Origin: Paraphysomonas bandaiensis
Taxonomy: Eukaryota; Protista; Chrysophyceae
Assembly: GCA_965644295.1 (NCBI GenBank)
Contig: CBFFRP010000410.1
Location: 288,307 to 352,306, forward strand
Direction: 5' to 3'
Length of the DNA stretch: 64,000 nucleotides
The notes under the pieces are model-generated. The model did not search any database and was not told the DNA's origin. It was given only the letters and a program-made list of their open reading frames with translations. The position numbers and the translations under genes were made by a program. Below are positions 40,301 through 52,554 of this stretch, in pieces; positions within the stretch are counted from its first letter, which is position 1; every line of letters starts with the position of its first letter.

Positions 40301-41091
40301 CAGAGAAAATTCGGGGATTCCATGACGTATCGCATCTCTTCCCAAGAGTTGCCCGAGTTTAGCACCACACCACGCATTTCTTTCAACCATTGATCAAAAT
40401 TATGAGTGTGAATGGGGGAATGCTTATTGTTCCAGTATAAGGCAAGATTTCGAACCGTTGCGAGTTTATGAACTACAGTATCAGTGCTATAGCTACTGGA
40501 GCGATCAATGTATGACTCTTCCCAACTGTCATTAGTAGCACATATTGTAAAATCTTGTAAAGTAAGGCCACATGAAAAGGAATTAGCAGGGGTTGATGTG
40601 TTTTCGAGACGGAGATGGACATTTCGTATTCGGACTTCTAAATTGTCGATTACTTTTGCAGCCAAGCGTTGAAAGTACGATAAATTTTTGGAAACTGTGC
40701 GATTTTCTTTACTGTACACTCTCTCAAGCATGTCCTTTTCAACTCTTTGAAGAACTTGTTCCTTCAAAGAGTGATTTCTTCGCATTGCCTCGTCAAAATC
40801 GACAGAATGAAGATCCACAGCCTGCAACGAAACATACACATCATCAATTAATACTCTGACCGGTTGACTCTCTAACGCCGTCCAAGGTATGCTAATTTCC
40901 AGTTTACCAATAAAGCCACTAGATATATTGTAGGGAAGGTTCAGTTTCATCAATGCATTGCGATTAAGGCGAAGTTCATTCAAGCTTATTTTACCGGACC
41001 AGACACCTATCTTGAGGTTCTCTTCAGTGAGCCCGTCAACCACATCTCCCAACACCTGCAGAATAGCGCTCACAAGAACACGTTTCGTCAT
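31302..41091 (-). CDS. VPS13: VPS13-family bridge-like lipid transfer protein (~3250 aa) with an inserted DysF domain
   Basis: Chorein-N MTKRVLVSAILQVLGDVVDGL..LKIGVWSG..IPW; VAB repeats; APT1/ATG2_C LTILGSPVGL...GVAVKPVLG; PH-like end. One intron at ~39993-40041 joins the two ORFs. Confidence 0.92.
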
Positions 41092-41706
41092 CTCGTTCAA
41101 TTCCTTCTACTTCAACTTCCAGATAGCATCAATAACAGTGCAGTGCTGTGCAGTGTATATCATCACATCCTTCTAAGAGACAACCATAACAACATCAGCA
41201 GAAGATCAATCAGAGGCTACTAGCAGTTAACACTTAAAATATACAGAGAGGCTCATATACCCGTCACTACAATTAATACGAGATGTAAATAAGTGACCAT
41301 ATCTGATCTTGGCGATGTCAACCAACTATGGACTCATGGATGATGATGTGACAGTGTTCCAACAAGAGAAGAGGAGAGCAGAGCGAGATGCTATGCTGGC
41401 TGCATATACGTGGAGGGTGTATATATGTGTGCGTATGGAGCTGTCACGCATTCTCTGCATCCCCATATACATTCTTATACAGTGACTACAGCATACGTAT
41501 ACAGTAGTATACACGCATACTGTCCTCTGTAGATATCTGCCTGCCTGGATATACACACTGCTATGATGTGTACGATACTGTAGCTGAGACCATATCCAGA
41601 TATCAGTGTCACCCGCAGAGCATATTATCAGATTTCAGAATAATTATCACGCTCCAACGCACTCGATAACTGCGAGAAGTATTACTTGCCCATCCCACAC
41701 AATAAC

Positions 41707-43052
41707 ATGTCGATTAAATCGCAAGCAGCGAGAAGAAGAAATTCGTATATAGAGATCGCAAGTAATCCGCTGGAGTCTGGTGAGGTTGATGAAAACAAAG
41801 ATCGAAAACTCGAGATAGTGACAAGTTGTTCACTCATTGAAAGAGATGAGTTTTCGGAGCTTATGTTGCTATTTAGTGGTTCTGGGTATGTATAATTCTC
41901 AGTGAAAGATTATTTTTACGTGTTGCTTACAGAGACAATGCTTCCAAGTTGAAATATCTTGAAACGAAAAAAGACAAGTACTTATTTTCTTCCGCGGATA
42001 TGATTCAGTTATTGGACTTAATACCGTCTAAAAAAACTCAAATTGCCATGATTGAAATGCTTGGTCCGCGTCTAACAGATCCCAAGAACAGGGCTAACGA
42101 TATCTTGGGAAGATTTCGATTCTCGGAAGAGAAAAAAATTGTCCAAGAAGTGTTAAAAATGAGAGCACATAGACAAAACTGCGACATGTACAGTACATCT
42201 CGGGTGCCATTTCATTCTATGAAAAGGAATAACCGCGATCGGAGTTCACGCAATCGTAGAAACTTAGATCCATTCGCTTCTCGCAGCCCGTCTTCCGGTG
42301 AGAGCGAAGTACCCGCGGTTGGTGTTGTGGGTATGTATAAATACAAGTGTGAATGTACACTAACAGTTAATGACAGAAAATTGTATTAGTGCGAGCCAGA
42401 ATAAGTTGTCAACGAAAAAGTATGAAGTAGACGAAGGTGTAAGTTCTTGTACACAACGCCAAGATGAAAACAGTGTCATAGATACAGCCAAGCAAGCTTC
42501 TGATACCGCAGAAGACGAAGTGAACTCTCCTTGTAATACTTACTTTGTTGAGGAGGGACAGGAAATAAATAGTCGAAGTGTTTTTACTACAAATAATATG
42601 TCTAGTGTCCATGACTCTGCATCCAACGACGGTGCAGATTGCACGAGTCAGAACATATCCGGCGGAGTTATTGACGACTCTACCACACCTTCAAATGGGC
42701 CAGATACGCCCAGTCAATGTGTTGAAGGTACTATTTGGGCTTGTCTTCCATGTACATTAAGTATTTTATACAGAATTAGAGCGCTCTACCAGGTCACTTT
42801 CTGATTCTCCCTTTAAGGGAAGTGAAACTCGTGATAGTCATTCACTTGAACAAGACGACCGCACTGACGACGTCATATCTGGAGTTGAAGCATTTTCTTT
42901 TGATGAAAAATTTAGACCCAATATTCAAGAGTCAAAACCAATGGACACTAAACGTAAAGCTGGTGGGTTATAACTTACTATTTAAATCTTGTTTGAAATC
43001 TTCTGTAGGAGGATTCATTAGCACAATACTTCAAAATATGCATTTAAGATAG
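41707..43052 (+). CDS. Hypothetical protein with DUF4476-like helical domain and disordered tail
   Basis: FSSADMIQLL..IAMIEMLGPRLTDPKN...FRFSEEKKIVQEVL resembles DUF4476; multi-exon. Confidence 0.5.
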
Positions 43053-44814
43053 ATGTAATACCACTACATCGTCATATTTTGTTAATTTACTTGGAGCCGA
43101 TGTACAGTCAGAGTTTCAATAACATTGATTTCGATATATAATTGAAGCTAGTCAAGGGAAGGTAGCGCCAGAGATATTCATAGGCTATTTAGAATGAGAC
43201 CCTTATATAAAGAATATTGTCTAATATTAAATAACACAACATAATTTCTAGAAATAAAAAATCCAATCTTCAATTTTTTTAAACTTATTTTTTTATTGAC
43301 ATGCGTAGTCAGCTCTATTTCAGTAATTATTATTTCATGAATATGTTATTATATATTATATATTCTGAGGTCTGAGGAATACGACTATTAGCTATTCTTG
43401 GAATTTAAAGTGTTTGGTGTCTATATACAACTGTTCTCTGTGCATTTTCTGTATGATACTAATTTGATATTTTATATATTGATGTAAAATTTAAGAATTT
43501 CAATCTATATAGGAAGGTTGTAGGTTGTAGTATATTTGCAATTCAGCACTTTCACAAATAAGAGTTGCAGGCATGAAGGCAACATTGAGCGATATCAATA
43601 TATTATAAAACACTTCTTATGTACTCAACAATATTTTCGCAAAAACTCTACGGCTTTTACCACGTACACATGTTTGAATGCTTATTTTATGCTAAAATAC
43701 TATTTTTATAGAGTAGCATTTCCTTGACGTTGCAAATACTCATACATACCACACATAAACTCAGCATTCAATTCGAATATAGCAGCACATTGAAGTAAGC
43801 TTTTCTAGTAAAATGAATATTATGTGATGTAACCTAAAGACACAAAAGCTACGCTAAAATTTTGAATGCAACGAAGCGCTCGACTTGTATTCCTGTCAAT
43901 TACTAAATATTACGTCCACAGAGCAATGATAAGTACAACCAAGATTTATAGACATATCAATACATTATGCCAGAAATGCCCTTTCAAGAAGTAGTATCAG
44001 TTACTCAAGAATTTAGTCACATCACTCGAGCACACTGCAGTTATTCTAGAATGTTCTGTCTCCTGAAGCAATCTGCAATTATACAGTGAATTATATGTAG
44101 TAAGTGCATTATTTTGACAAAAAAGGTACTGGGGTTTATGACAGCAGTGTCTGAGCAACAACACATTCAATGCCTCAGAAACGCTCTCATATCAAACTTA
44201 CATATGCATATAATACGGCATATATGGCAAGATATTCTCTTCCAACTGGGTTCATCTACTTGTGCCACAGTACTTCTGGTAAATGAATTTAACGAGTGGC
44301 TATTGATTGTTTCCCTAGTTGTATAATCGAGTAGCTGAGTAGCATATATTCATGAAGTACCTGGTTGCGTGCTACGCCTTGCAGTTAAGGGATAAAACAA
44401 ATAATTGGGGTGTTATGGGGAGTGTAATGGGTGATTGGAAACAGAAAGGCGACATTCGGAACAGAATTATTGGGGAGTGGCGGGCGAAAGGCGACATTCC
44501 CATAGCATATTGTAAAGATATTCACTGCTTTGCTGACACCACTGCGAACACATGTATCTACAGGACATGTCCAGATGACCATGCAGAGCGAGTACACAGC
44601 AGTATACCGGTATATGGTTGGACTGTATATATACAGCAGAGATTGTCATCATACGGGGTATACAGTGCAGTATTACAGTATAAAAAGAAATGTCGAGAAA
44701 TTATGCATAGAAATGGCCGTTGATCTGACAGCAACTCAACTCAACGAAAACAACTGACCAACTTCGAGACAATCTGCCTTTACGTTCACTTAAATACAGG
44801 GCACACTGTCAAGA

Positions 44815-46486
44815 ATGGAGGGACAAAGTACTTCAAATGGGACACTATCGCGGAAAGAGCAGCTGGCACTCTATCGACTCAAGAAGCAGGCTGCCAAAGA
44901 AGAGAGCAGCAAATCCACTGTCAAAAATAAAGTCAAAACATCTGCTCGTACTATCACCTCTAAAGCCGCTCCTGATCGCACACTGCTAGCAGAAAAAGCG
45001 AAGGCAGCCGGGAGAGAAAAAGTTCAGCAAGGAACACGCATTGCTAAAGTGCAGACGAAAATTAAAAATGCCTCTGAAAAGAAGCGAGCAAACAAAACTT
45101 CATCGCAGCCAGCAAATAATGATGACTCGAAGCTGTTATCCAAGATTTCAGAATCTGAAGTGCTTGCAAAATCTTACGGCATTGCTGTGGCACGAGCTTA
45201 TATGCAATCGCTTCCCTCACAACCAGGATGCGGCGATGCAATCCACAAAGCAGCTTATTGGTTGACATGGGCCAAGTTAGAGCAGTCCTTCCAAGAGTGG
45301 GAGCGCGTAGAAGAAATATTCTCTACAGGGGATACACATGTACAAAACATCGCAGATAAGAAGGCAATGGCTGCTGCTTATGAAAAATTTAATAGAGACG
45401 CAGAAGAAACTATGAAAGATAAATTGAAAGCTGTAACCACAAGGTACGCTTCGCGCATATTTAGTAATTTATATTATAACATATACGTAAACAAAGCACA
45501 ACCCCATTGAATAGTGTCATTCCGCCCACCGATCCCGTAACTGAGCATGATGCACCGCGTTCTGTTTTCAAAATACCTCTGAAATCATCAGAATATAGTT
45601 CAGAGCGTAGCACGAATAACGATTGCATCATAGCCAGTAGTGACATTCATGTAGTTTGTCCGACAAATAAGCACTGTGCGGCTAATATATCTCAAGTTGA
45701 AGAATATTTGGCCCTCTCCGAGAGTTCAGCAGAAAGTAATTTAGAAGATGAATGTAAGCGAGAAAGTTCAAACAGTTCAAATGTATTTAAGGTATCTCCC
45801 TTCTAATACATCATACCAGTTGACGACTATTTCAGGATGTACACGTTGCGCAAGTTCGTCGAAATTTTGAGAGTAATTTGGCGGCATCGCTGTCTGAGAA
45901 AGTAGTCGCGCCACGTGTGAAAGTGCTTGCAAGAGTGGCTGAGCTATCATCAGAAGGAGGACACTCTGTGCAAGTACCGATGAATATAGCGACGCGGTTT
46001 GTGGGATCTGTTCCATTACCTGGTCTTGCTATGAAGGTAAATTGCGATGAGAAAAGCGTCGCTGATAGTGAGAATATAAGTACGCCTTCTTTGGACAAGT
46101 TGCTAGATATATGTGACGAAAGTACCTCGGTTTCCGGTATGTGTATTTTTACGTTATCTAGAAGTATATTTACATGTTTATTTTGTCCTAAAGAAGATGG
46201 TATCGAGTGTTGCAATGCAGAAAAGACATGTGCATTTCAAAATCCTGCTCGAGTCTGCTTTCAGGATACAGTGAATGACGAGAACAGTCCTCTCTCTAAC
46301 AAGAGCACTTTTCACAGTAGTTCACCTGAAGATACGAAAAGTTTCAGCGATGTGAAATCATCGAAGAGACACCGAGTACGTTTTTTGCAAAGTAGTACTC
46401 AAAATAATGCACAGTCTAGCAAGCGTCGAAAATGCACTCCTCATAAGGGCGTATTTAAGAGTGTAAAGAGTGTTAAAGAGTTATAG
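44815..46486 (+). CDS. Hypothetical basic protein, possibly with a CKAP2-C-like helical domain
   Basis: Lys-rich N-terminus and AYWLTWAKLEQ...VEEIF motif; consecutive ORFs joined by short introns. Confidence 0.45.
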
Positions 46487-47469
46487 TCGATACTTTAATA
46501 TTTTCTGTGTTGACGTTACTAAATTCAGAGCAAGAACCTTATTATTGTAGTAGTAAACTTGATATCACTTTAGTACTAAATCTGTACTGGTAAATTCATT
46601 TTCACAATTGTCCTATTATAGCTTTCTTCATTCATATAGCTCAGAAATATTGTCTATTAAGCTTTATACATATAAATAATTTTTTAGCTACACTTACAAT
46701 TGCAACATGTATTAAAATTATTGATCCCACCATTCATTTTTATTATTATTGCTTTACAATAAAATCATATAAACGTCTTAGGGGCTATTTTGTTGACTGT
46801 TAACAGAATTGTACCTTGAAAAAAATTGTAACGACTACGGGTGGTTGAGCCTCGCTATCATGACTAACATTGCTGGTCTTATCATCCCTGTCCATGTGCA
46901 CAGGTGATGTGGGGTAGGATAGTCTTCTCACAACACTCTTCACTTAACTTCCTCTTCTTACTCTTTACTTCGCTACTTCTTAACTTTCAACTCAACTACG
47001 ATATCAACTCTCTACTATATCTAAAAATCCATATCCTTCTACCTATATCCCCATAGTTAATTCTAGAAGCGGTTTCCCAGCCATAAATAGCTAGTTTTCA
47101 ACTTCCAGAAATAATAATATAGAAAACCCTTAACATCCTGCTATCTACTCCTATAGCATCCTACAGAATATCTACCTATACCATCATAATACTATACGGG
47201 TTACCATAAACGTCCGTTACGTCCGTATATACGGATAGTTCCGGTACCCTCCAACCCTATATATCTGGCCTTAATACTCGTATCTTCTAATCTAATCATA
47301 ACTACCATCTACATCTCATCTCATACTACAACCTACATCACTTCATCTTGTTCTTAAGCCATCATAACAACCTCCTAAATCACCCATACTTGTCATACCC
47401 AATTTTGCTACACAATATTTTTCATTGGCATCATAATACGAAAACCTATAAACTATAAACTACTAGTAA

Positions 47470-47891
47470 TGAATGTATTATTGTTAATTGTTAGCAATAG
47501 TAGTGAACATCTGATTATTAGCAATAGGCATGTAAAAGTCAGAACTAATGTAGCTCTAAACAATTAACTAACTAGTGCTTAAGTGCTTAACGCTCAACTC
47601 TGATATACTACTATCTAGCGCAACGAAAGCTGCTTGTGGGTCACCGCGTCACCTCAAACACCAAGGTGCAGCCCTTTCGCTCTATCACTCAAAGCAAACG
47701 CAGTGAGCAAGCAGAATTGATATACCTGACATCTGCTGACTTCATGATTTTTGAGTCCTTAAGGTGAACTTCCCAGCAGGCAGCCCAATAGCCCAATACC
47801 CCGGATTCCCTTGAGGTGAGACAAATCCAGTATCCCTGTTTATTCGTCAAGGCCCAATGACATCTACAAAAGTTACAATTATTGTACCACA
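47470..47891. mobile_element. Solo LTR of the Copia family seen at 4021-5349
   Basis: Colinear match to 4021-4280 followed by 5240-5349; ends TGTACCACA, as at 5349. Confidence 0.7.
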
Positions 47892-48430
47892 CAAGCATTT
47901 GGTCTTATAGAAACAATGAAAGGAGAAAGTACCAGTGGGCTCTACACTCTACACTATAGCTACACTCTCGGAACGAGACAATTATATATCATTTTCCAGC
48001 CAGCATTAGTCATTTTTGAAGTCCCAATTTCAATAATATGGATATGTAAGTCACTGACATACACCTCAGCCAGAACGTCACAAAAAGTAAGACCTGAGCA
48101 TTGCTCTTCTATTCTGCCTCACTTAACACAACGCCGGTATGATTATAGGATGTTTGATTAATTTATCCGTATTCACCAGTTATTAAAATCACACCTAATT
48201 GAAATCAAATGTACACATACCAAAAACAAACACTTTGTAGATTTTCAACAATCTCTAACACAGTTATTTCATCTGACTCCTCAGTGCATCACAACTGAGT
48301 TTAAAGCATGAACATCAACGATAAAAAATACCATATCAGTAATATAATAAGTGTCTTGCATCGCTAAAATACAAATACATATGTAACTTGGGAGATTCGC
48401 GCAAGTAATCGACTACTCCATGGATGCTGT

Positions 48431-50112
48431 TCATCTACATGACAACGATGAAGGGTTAGGAGTGGAATTAATCAGAGATGATATTTTCTTGTTTAATTCC
48501 GTGAATGCAGTGTGGAACTCCATGATATCGCCCTTGCCCCTTCTCACCTGTGTGTGCATGCAACATTTAAAGATTACAAATGCAAAAGAAAACTATAACC
48601 TCTAACAAAGATATGGTCCCTGGATCTGCTAAAACGGCATATATCTGAACTGATATTCCAATCATTCCTTTGGCCGTTAAAAGAGTTGCCTTTGCCTTCA
48701 TATTACTTGATTGTTGTGCAGTAACCTCAAATCCCATTTCACGAAGTGCCTCCGTTACGCCACTCATCAGCCGATCGGGGCTTGAGTAGCTAGTGAACTG
48801 AAACGTTCTCTTGGTTACTTTATCCGCCCGTGGTCGAAAAACTCTATCCAATGCGAATCCACCACATTGATTGACCAAGTCAAATGCATTCAGATGTTTC
48901 GGTGCCCGTGTTACTTCTTGCTGGCCATTATCACTGTCTGCCTCTTCAGCGTCTTCCACCGCGTTTTGAACTCCAGCCTCAATTTCCTTTTCCGTAGGAA
49001 CTCTGGGAACTGCACGGCTGCTCTCGTGCCCTCCATCAGCAGGAGCACCTGCCCTTCGGCGAGAATCTCTTCCACTTCCCATCACAGGTTTGCTGTCATC
49101 AGGTGGTTTATCCTGATCTTCATTTGCCGCAGATCTTGCGGCAGCAACTATGTTATTAAGTGAAGGCGTTGGATGATAGCTCTTCGGCCCATCATCAAAT
49201 GTAACCCACGGGTGATTTCGCACATCAGTCAGAGTTACTCGTTCCTTTGGATCAGCAACCAAAATCGAATCCAAAAGCGAACGAACTTCAGCAGAAAACC
49301 ACGACGGATAGGTGAAATCTGCCGCTTGAATCTTCGAAAATAAGGCCACAATGGTCGATTCGTCGAAAGGAAGAAACCCGGCAAGAAGAACATACAGTAT
49401 AACTCCAATACTCCATACGTCTGCCTTCTTCCCTTCGTAACCGCGGTCAGCAAGAACCTCTGGGGCCACGTAATTTGGAGTTCCGCAAGTTGTGTGCAAT
49501 AACTCTGTACGGGATGCACCATCACCATCAGCATCACCTACATATAACGACGACAGCCCAAAGTCGCTTATCTTAAGGTTTCCTTGCTCATCTAGGAGTA
49601 AGTTTTCTGGTTTCAAATCTCGGTGACATACTCCTAACCCATGACAGTATTCAACTCCTTCAACCAATTGGCGGAAATAAAAGCGAGCCATTTCTTCTGA
49701 AAAGCGGCCTTCGCTGACAATCTTATCGAACAGTTCCCCGCCAGTTACCAACTCCAAGACAATAAATATTTTCGTTCGCGATGCTAAAACTTCTTTCATG
49801 CCTACAACATACTGATGTCTTACAATCTTCATGATTGATATTTCCTTCTTGATCTGTGGGCCCATATTTTGCTTCTGAATTTTTTCTTTGTCCAGAACCT
49901 GCAGAACCCTCCAGTAAGAAACGACTGAAGCAGAGCGCACAGAATACCTTAATTGCAACAGGCTCTGAAGTTTCAGTGTTGACTGCATACTTAACCCTTA
50001 ACGAACAGCCATATCAATAAATTAAAATAGACGGAATTAGAGTGACGTACTTTCCGAACGTGCCTTCACCAAGAGTGCGAAACAGCTCGTACTTTCCGAC
50101 TTTTTTAACCAT
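48431..50112 (-). CDS. CIPK/SnRK3-like kinase with NAF domain, copy 2
   Basis: Near-identical to 20317-22001 including introns; 12-bp deletion (SGAD); different C-terminus ...INSTPNPSSLSCR*. Confidence 0.88.
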
Positions 50113-50601
50113 AATATTCAGGTAACTGTGACGACAACACACTGAGGGCCTATGAGCAGGCAAGCACTGTTCTGTGCAGCTAACTCTAACTGGAAACACA
50201 GCCCAATCTTCGCATGTGTGTATTTCATGATGCATGATTTATGATTCATATGATATCCTCAACAAGATGAACAAAAATAGCAGGATTTTAGGAAAAAACA
50301 GTCTAATATTAAGGTAAGGGTGGGAAGAATATACAGTATTTCCCATAATCCTGAAATCAGAATACCGAATACGCAGCAGTATACCCTGTATGTACAGAGT
50401 TGGAGTTGTGGCCTCTCTGGCATTTTTTACCACCATCAGACAGGCACTCTCACTGCACACTTTAATGCACCGCAGAAGTGATACTGTCATCAACACCAGC
50501 GAAGTTGCTCTATCTCTATTGTACTATTTTTACCTGAAAGAATCAACTAAGTTTTAGCTTGTACCTTCTCCACTAGTGCTTCGGTCATAAGAGAATTGAA
50601 G

Positions 50602-51227
50602 ATGGGCGGATGCTGTCCCTGTTGGAATTCTAATGGCAACTAGATTATTTAGCACATATTATTACTAACTTCTTACAAATAGATCACAGCAGTGAATATA
50701 CCCCCATTAACCCCCGTGAACCATCTAATTCTCCCGATGTGCTTCCCGATATGAACAAATCCCAATACTATCAAACAGTTGTTGATTCTGCGCAGAGGTA
50801 TGGCCCATATATTGTATTCGTGAGTACAGCCGTGAAGCTCCCTGTAAATGTAGAAAATTTATCAATTCAAGTAGCCTCAGGGTGGTTCCAATGACTGCTG
50901 ATTCAGAGGATTTAAAGTAAGTAACACCACTGTATTGAGGTCTGTGACCATTCACTTCTTAGGTCGCGCGTTACAGAAGCGAATATTGCCCTCGACGTGC
51001 TCATTTCACCACGTAATGGCAGAAATTGGGTTCAATGGGAAAGTAATTCATCATCACAGCAGGTTGTTGATATTTTAAGTGAGCCAGTCGCTGTGAACAA
51101 CTATGACATTGTTGCTGATGAAATGGCTGAAATGGTAGCCAAGCATACATTTACCCTGAATGTTGACGACAGCATGAATAATTCTACTGTTGCATCCTTT
51201 AAGCCGGTCAGTTCTGCGATGGTATAA
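50602..51227 (+). CDS. N-acylated small protein, LAMTOR1/Ego1-like
   Basis: MGGCCPC myristoyl/palmitoyl start. Three introns (first GC-AG 50636-50682 with TACTAAC branch point) give one open frame including YQTVVDSAQRKFIN. Confidence 0.55.
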
Positions 51228-52070
51228 TGCGTATAGTGTTAGTTGACCCCACTATGTTGAGGTGTGTTGTTATTAGAGAAATAAGCGTTTGATTAACTGA
51301 GTAGTAACGACAATGAAACGTAGTGTTTGGTATTGCTTGAAGTACTAGAATCGATTAAACAAATTTGTTGTCATAAGATATTTACGCCATTTGGCGAACT
51401 TTACCAAGATCAAGCACCCATCCCATATCTCATAGCTATCGGCATATGCTTTCAGGAAAAATAAAAATCTGTGCGACAAATGTATCGATGTGTAGTACCC
51501 TAAAAAAAAAAAGCGGGATGGCTTATACGCTCCGCTTGCAGGCAATGGGTCCGTTAAATCGAATCCCTAAAATCTATACCTTATTATTTTCCCATAAAAT
51601 AAACAAGAATAATTAGAACGCCCGAATTGCGGAGCAATTTGCGACCAGGGGGGAGGATCTTTAGATCCGGAGGGAGCCTGGTATATTATTCTGAATGTTT
51701 TATATTAATGTAATATCAATCTTTTTTATATATCTTTTATGTATATCTATATTAATAATTCTTCTTATATTATTTCGATTACTAATATCCTATTTATAAA
51801 TTGACATTTTGGCATTGGCATTTTATAGTAAAATAATCTGGCTGAAATAATATTTTATAAAATAGAGTTTCAAAAGTATAAATTGCCAGCGCCTAAATGC
51901 CATCGTCGTTATTATAGTTAAGAGTAGAAAACAGCTCGCCACCATACCTACTACACTATCTTATCGTACCCACACAATAGCGTCATCACTGTCTACTTAT
52001 GTACTATGTCTTTAAGTCATATCGATATTTAAAAAAGGTTTAAAGAATTGATTTGTTGATTACATACCTA

Positions 52071-52124
52071 AAGTATTTTTTATATTAAAACTACTTAAAG
52101 AATTACAAATATAGTATTATTATA
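52071..52124 (+). promoter_or_regulatory. Viral promoter-like block (ACTTAAA motif), duplicated at 52495-52550
   Basis: AAGTATTTTTTATATTAAAACTACTTAAAGAAT is identical at 52071 and 52495; ACTTAAA also precedes ATGs at 54340, 54739 and 57123. Confidence 0.7.
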
Positions 52125-52466
52125 ATGAACGAAACTTTAGACAAACCTGTTTTGATGATGACAAAATTAGAGCAAGATGAAATAAGACAATCTGATGAAT
52201 ACAAAAAAGCTATCAAGTACATACCTTATCTATTTAAAACCCGCAAAACCTTTAATAATAGGCAATGGTCTTATGGAATGAAGCACACTGTAGAAAGATA
52301 CATACGGACTTATAATCTTGAGAACAATTATTACGTTTCTAATAATGCTTTAATATTGGGTATGATAGATTCGGGTTTCAAAGCAAAGCATGAATCTAAC
52401 ACTCAAAATTATATATTCAATTTCACAGAAACTATTATCAACAAAAATATGAGAAAACAACGATAG
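52125..52466 (+). CDS. PLV small protein (SYGxKHxxE...YxSN motif; probably DNA-binding)
   Basis: WSYGMKHTVE...YYVSNNALILGMIDSGF motif, recalled from phage/viral replication loci; preceded by the ACTTAAA motif. Confidence 0.6.
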   Translation: MNETLDKPVLMMTKLEQDEIRQSDEYKKAIKYIPYLFKTRKTFNNRQWSYGMKHTVERYIRTYNLENNYYVSNNALILGMIDSGFKAKHESNTQNYIFNFTETIINKNMRKQR

Positions 52467-52554
52467 AGCCTATTTTTATTTATATTGTCAAATTAAGTAT
52501 TTTTTATATTAAAACTACTTAAAGAATATTTATATATAGTATTATTATAAAAGA

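Noticed and set aside
43190-43520. Possible third PLV-terminus relic (AT-rich, doubled TCTGAGG)
   Set aside because: No match to the 33-bp terminal sequence; composition alone is insufficient.
46827-47465. Possible Gypsy LTR starting TGTAACG
   Set aside because: No second copy, PBS, terminal CA or TSD identifiable in the window.
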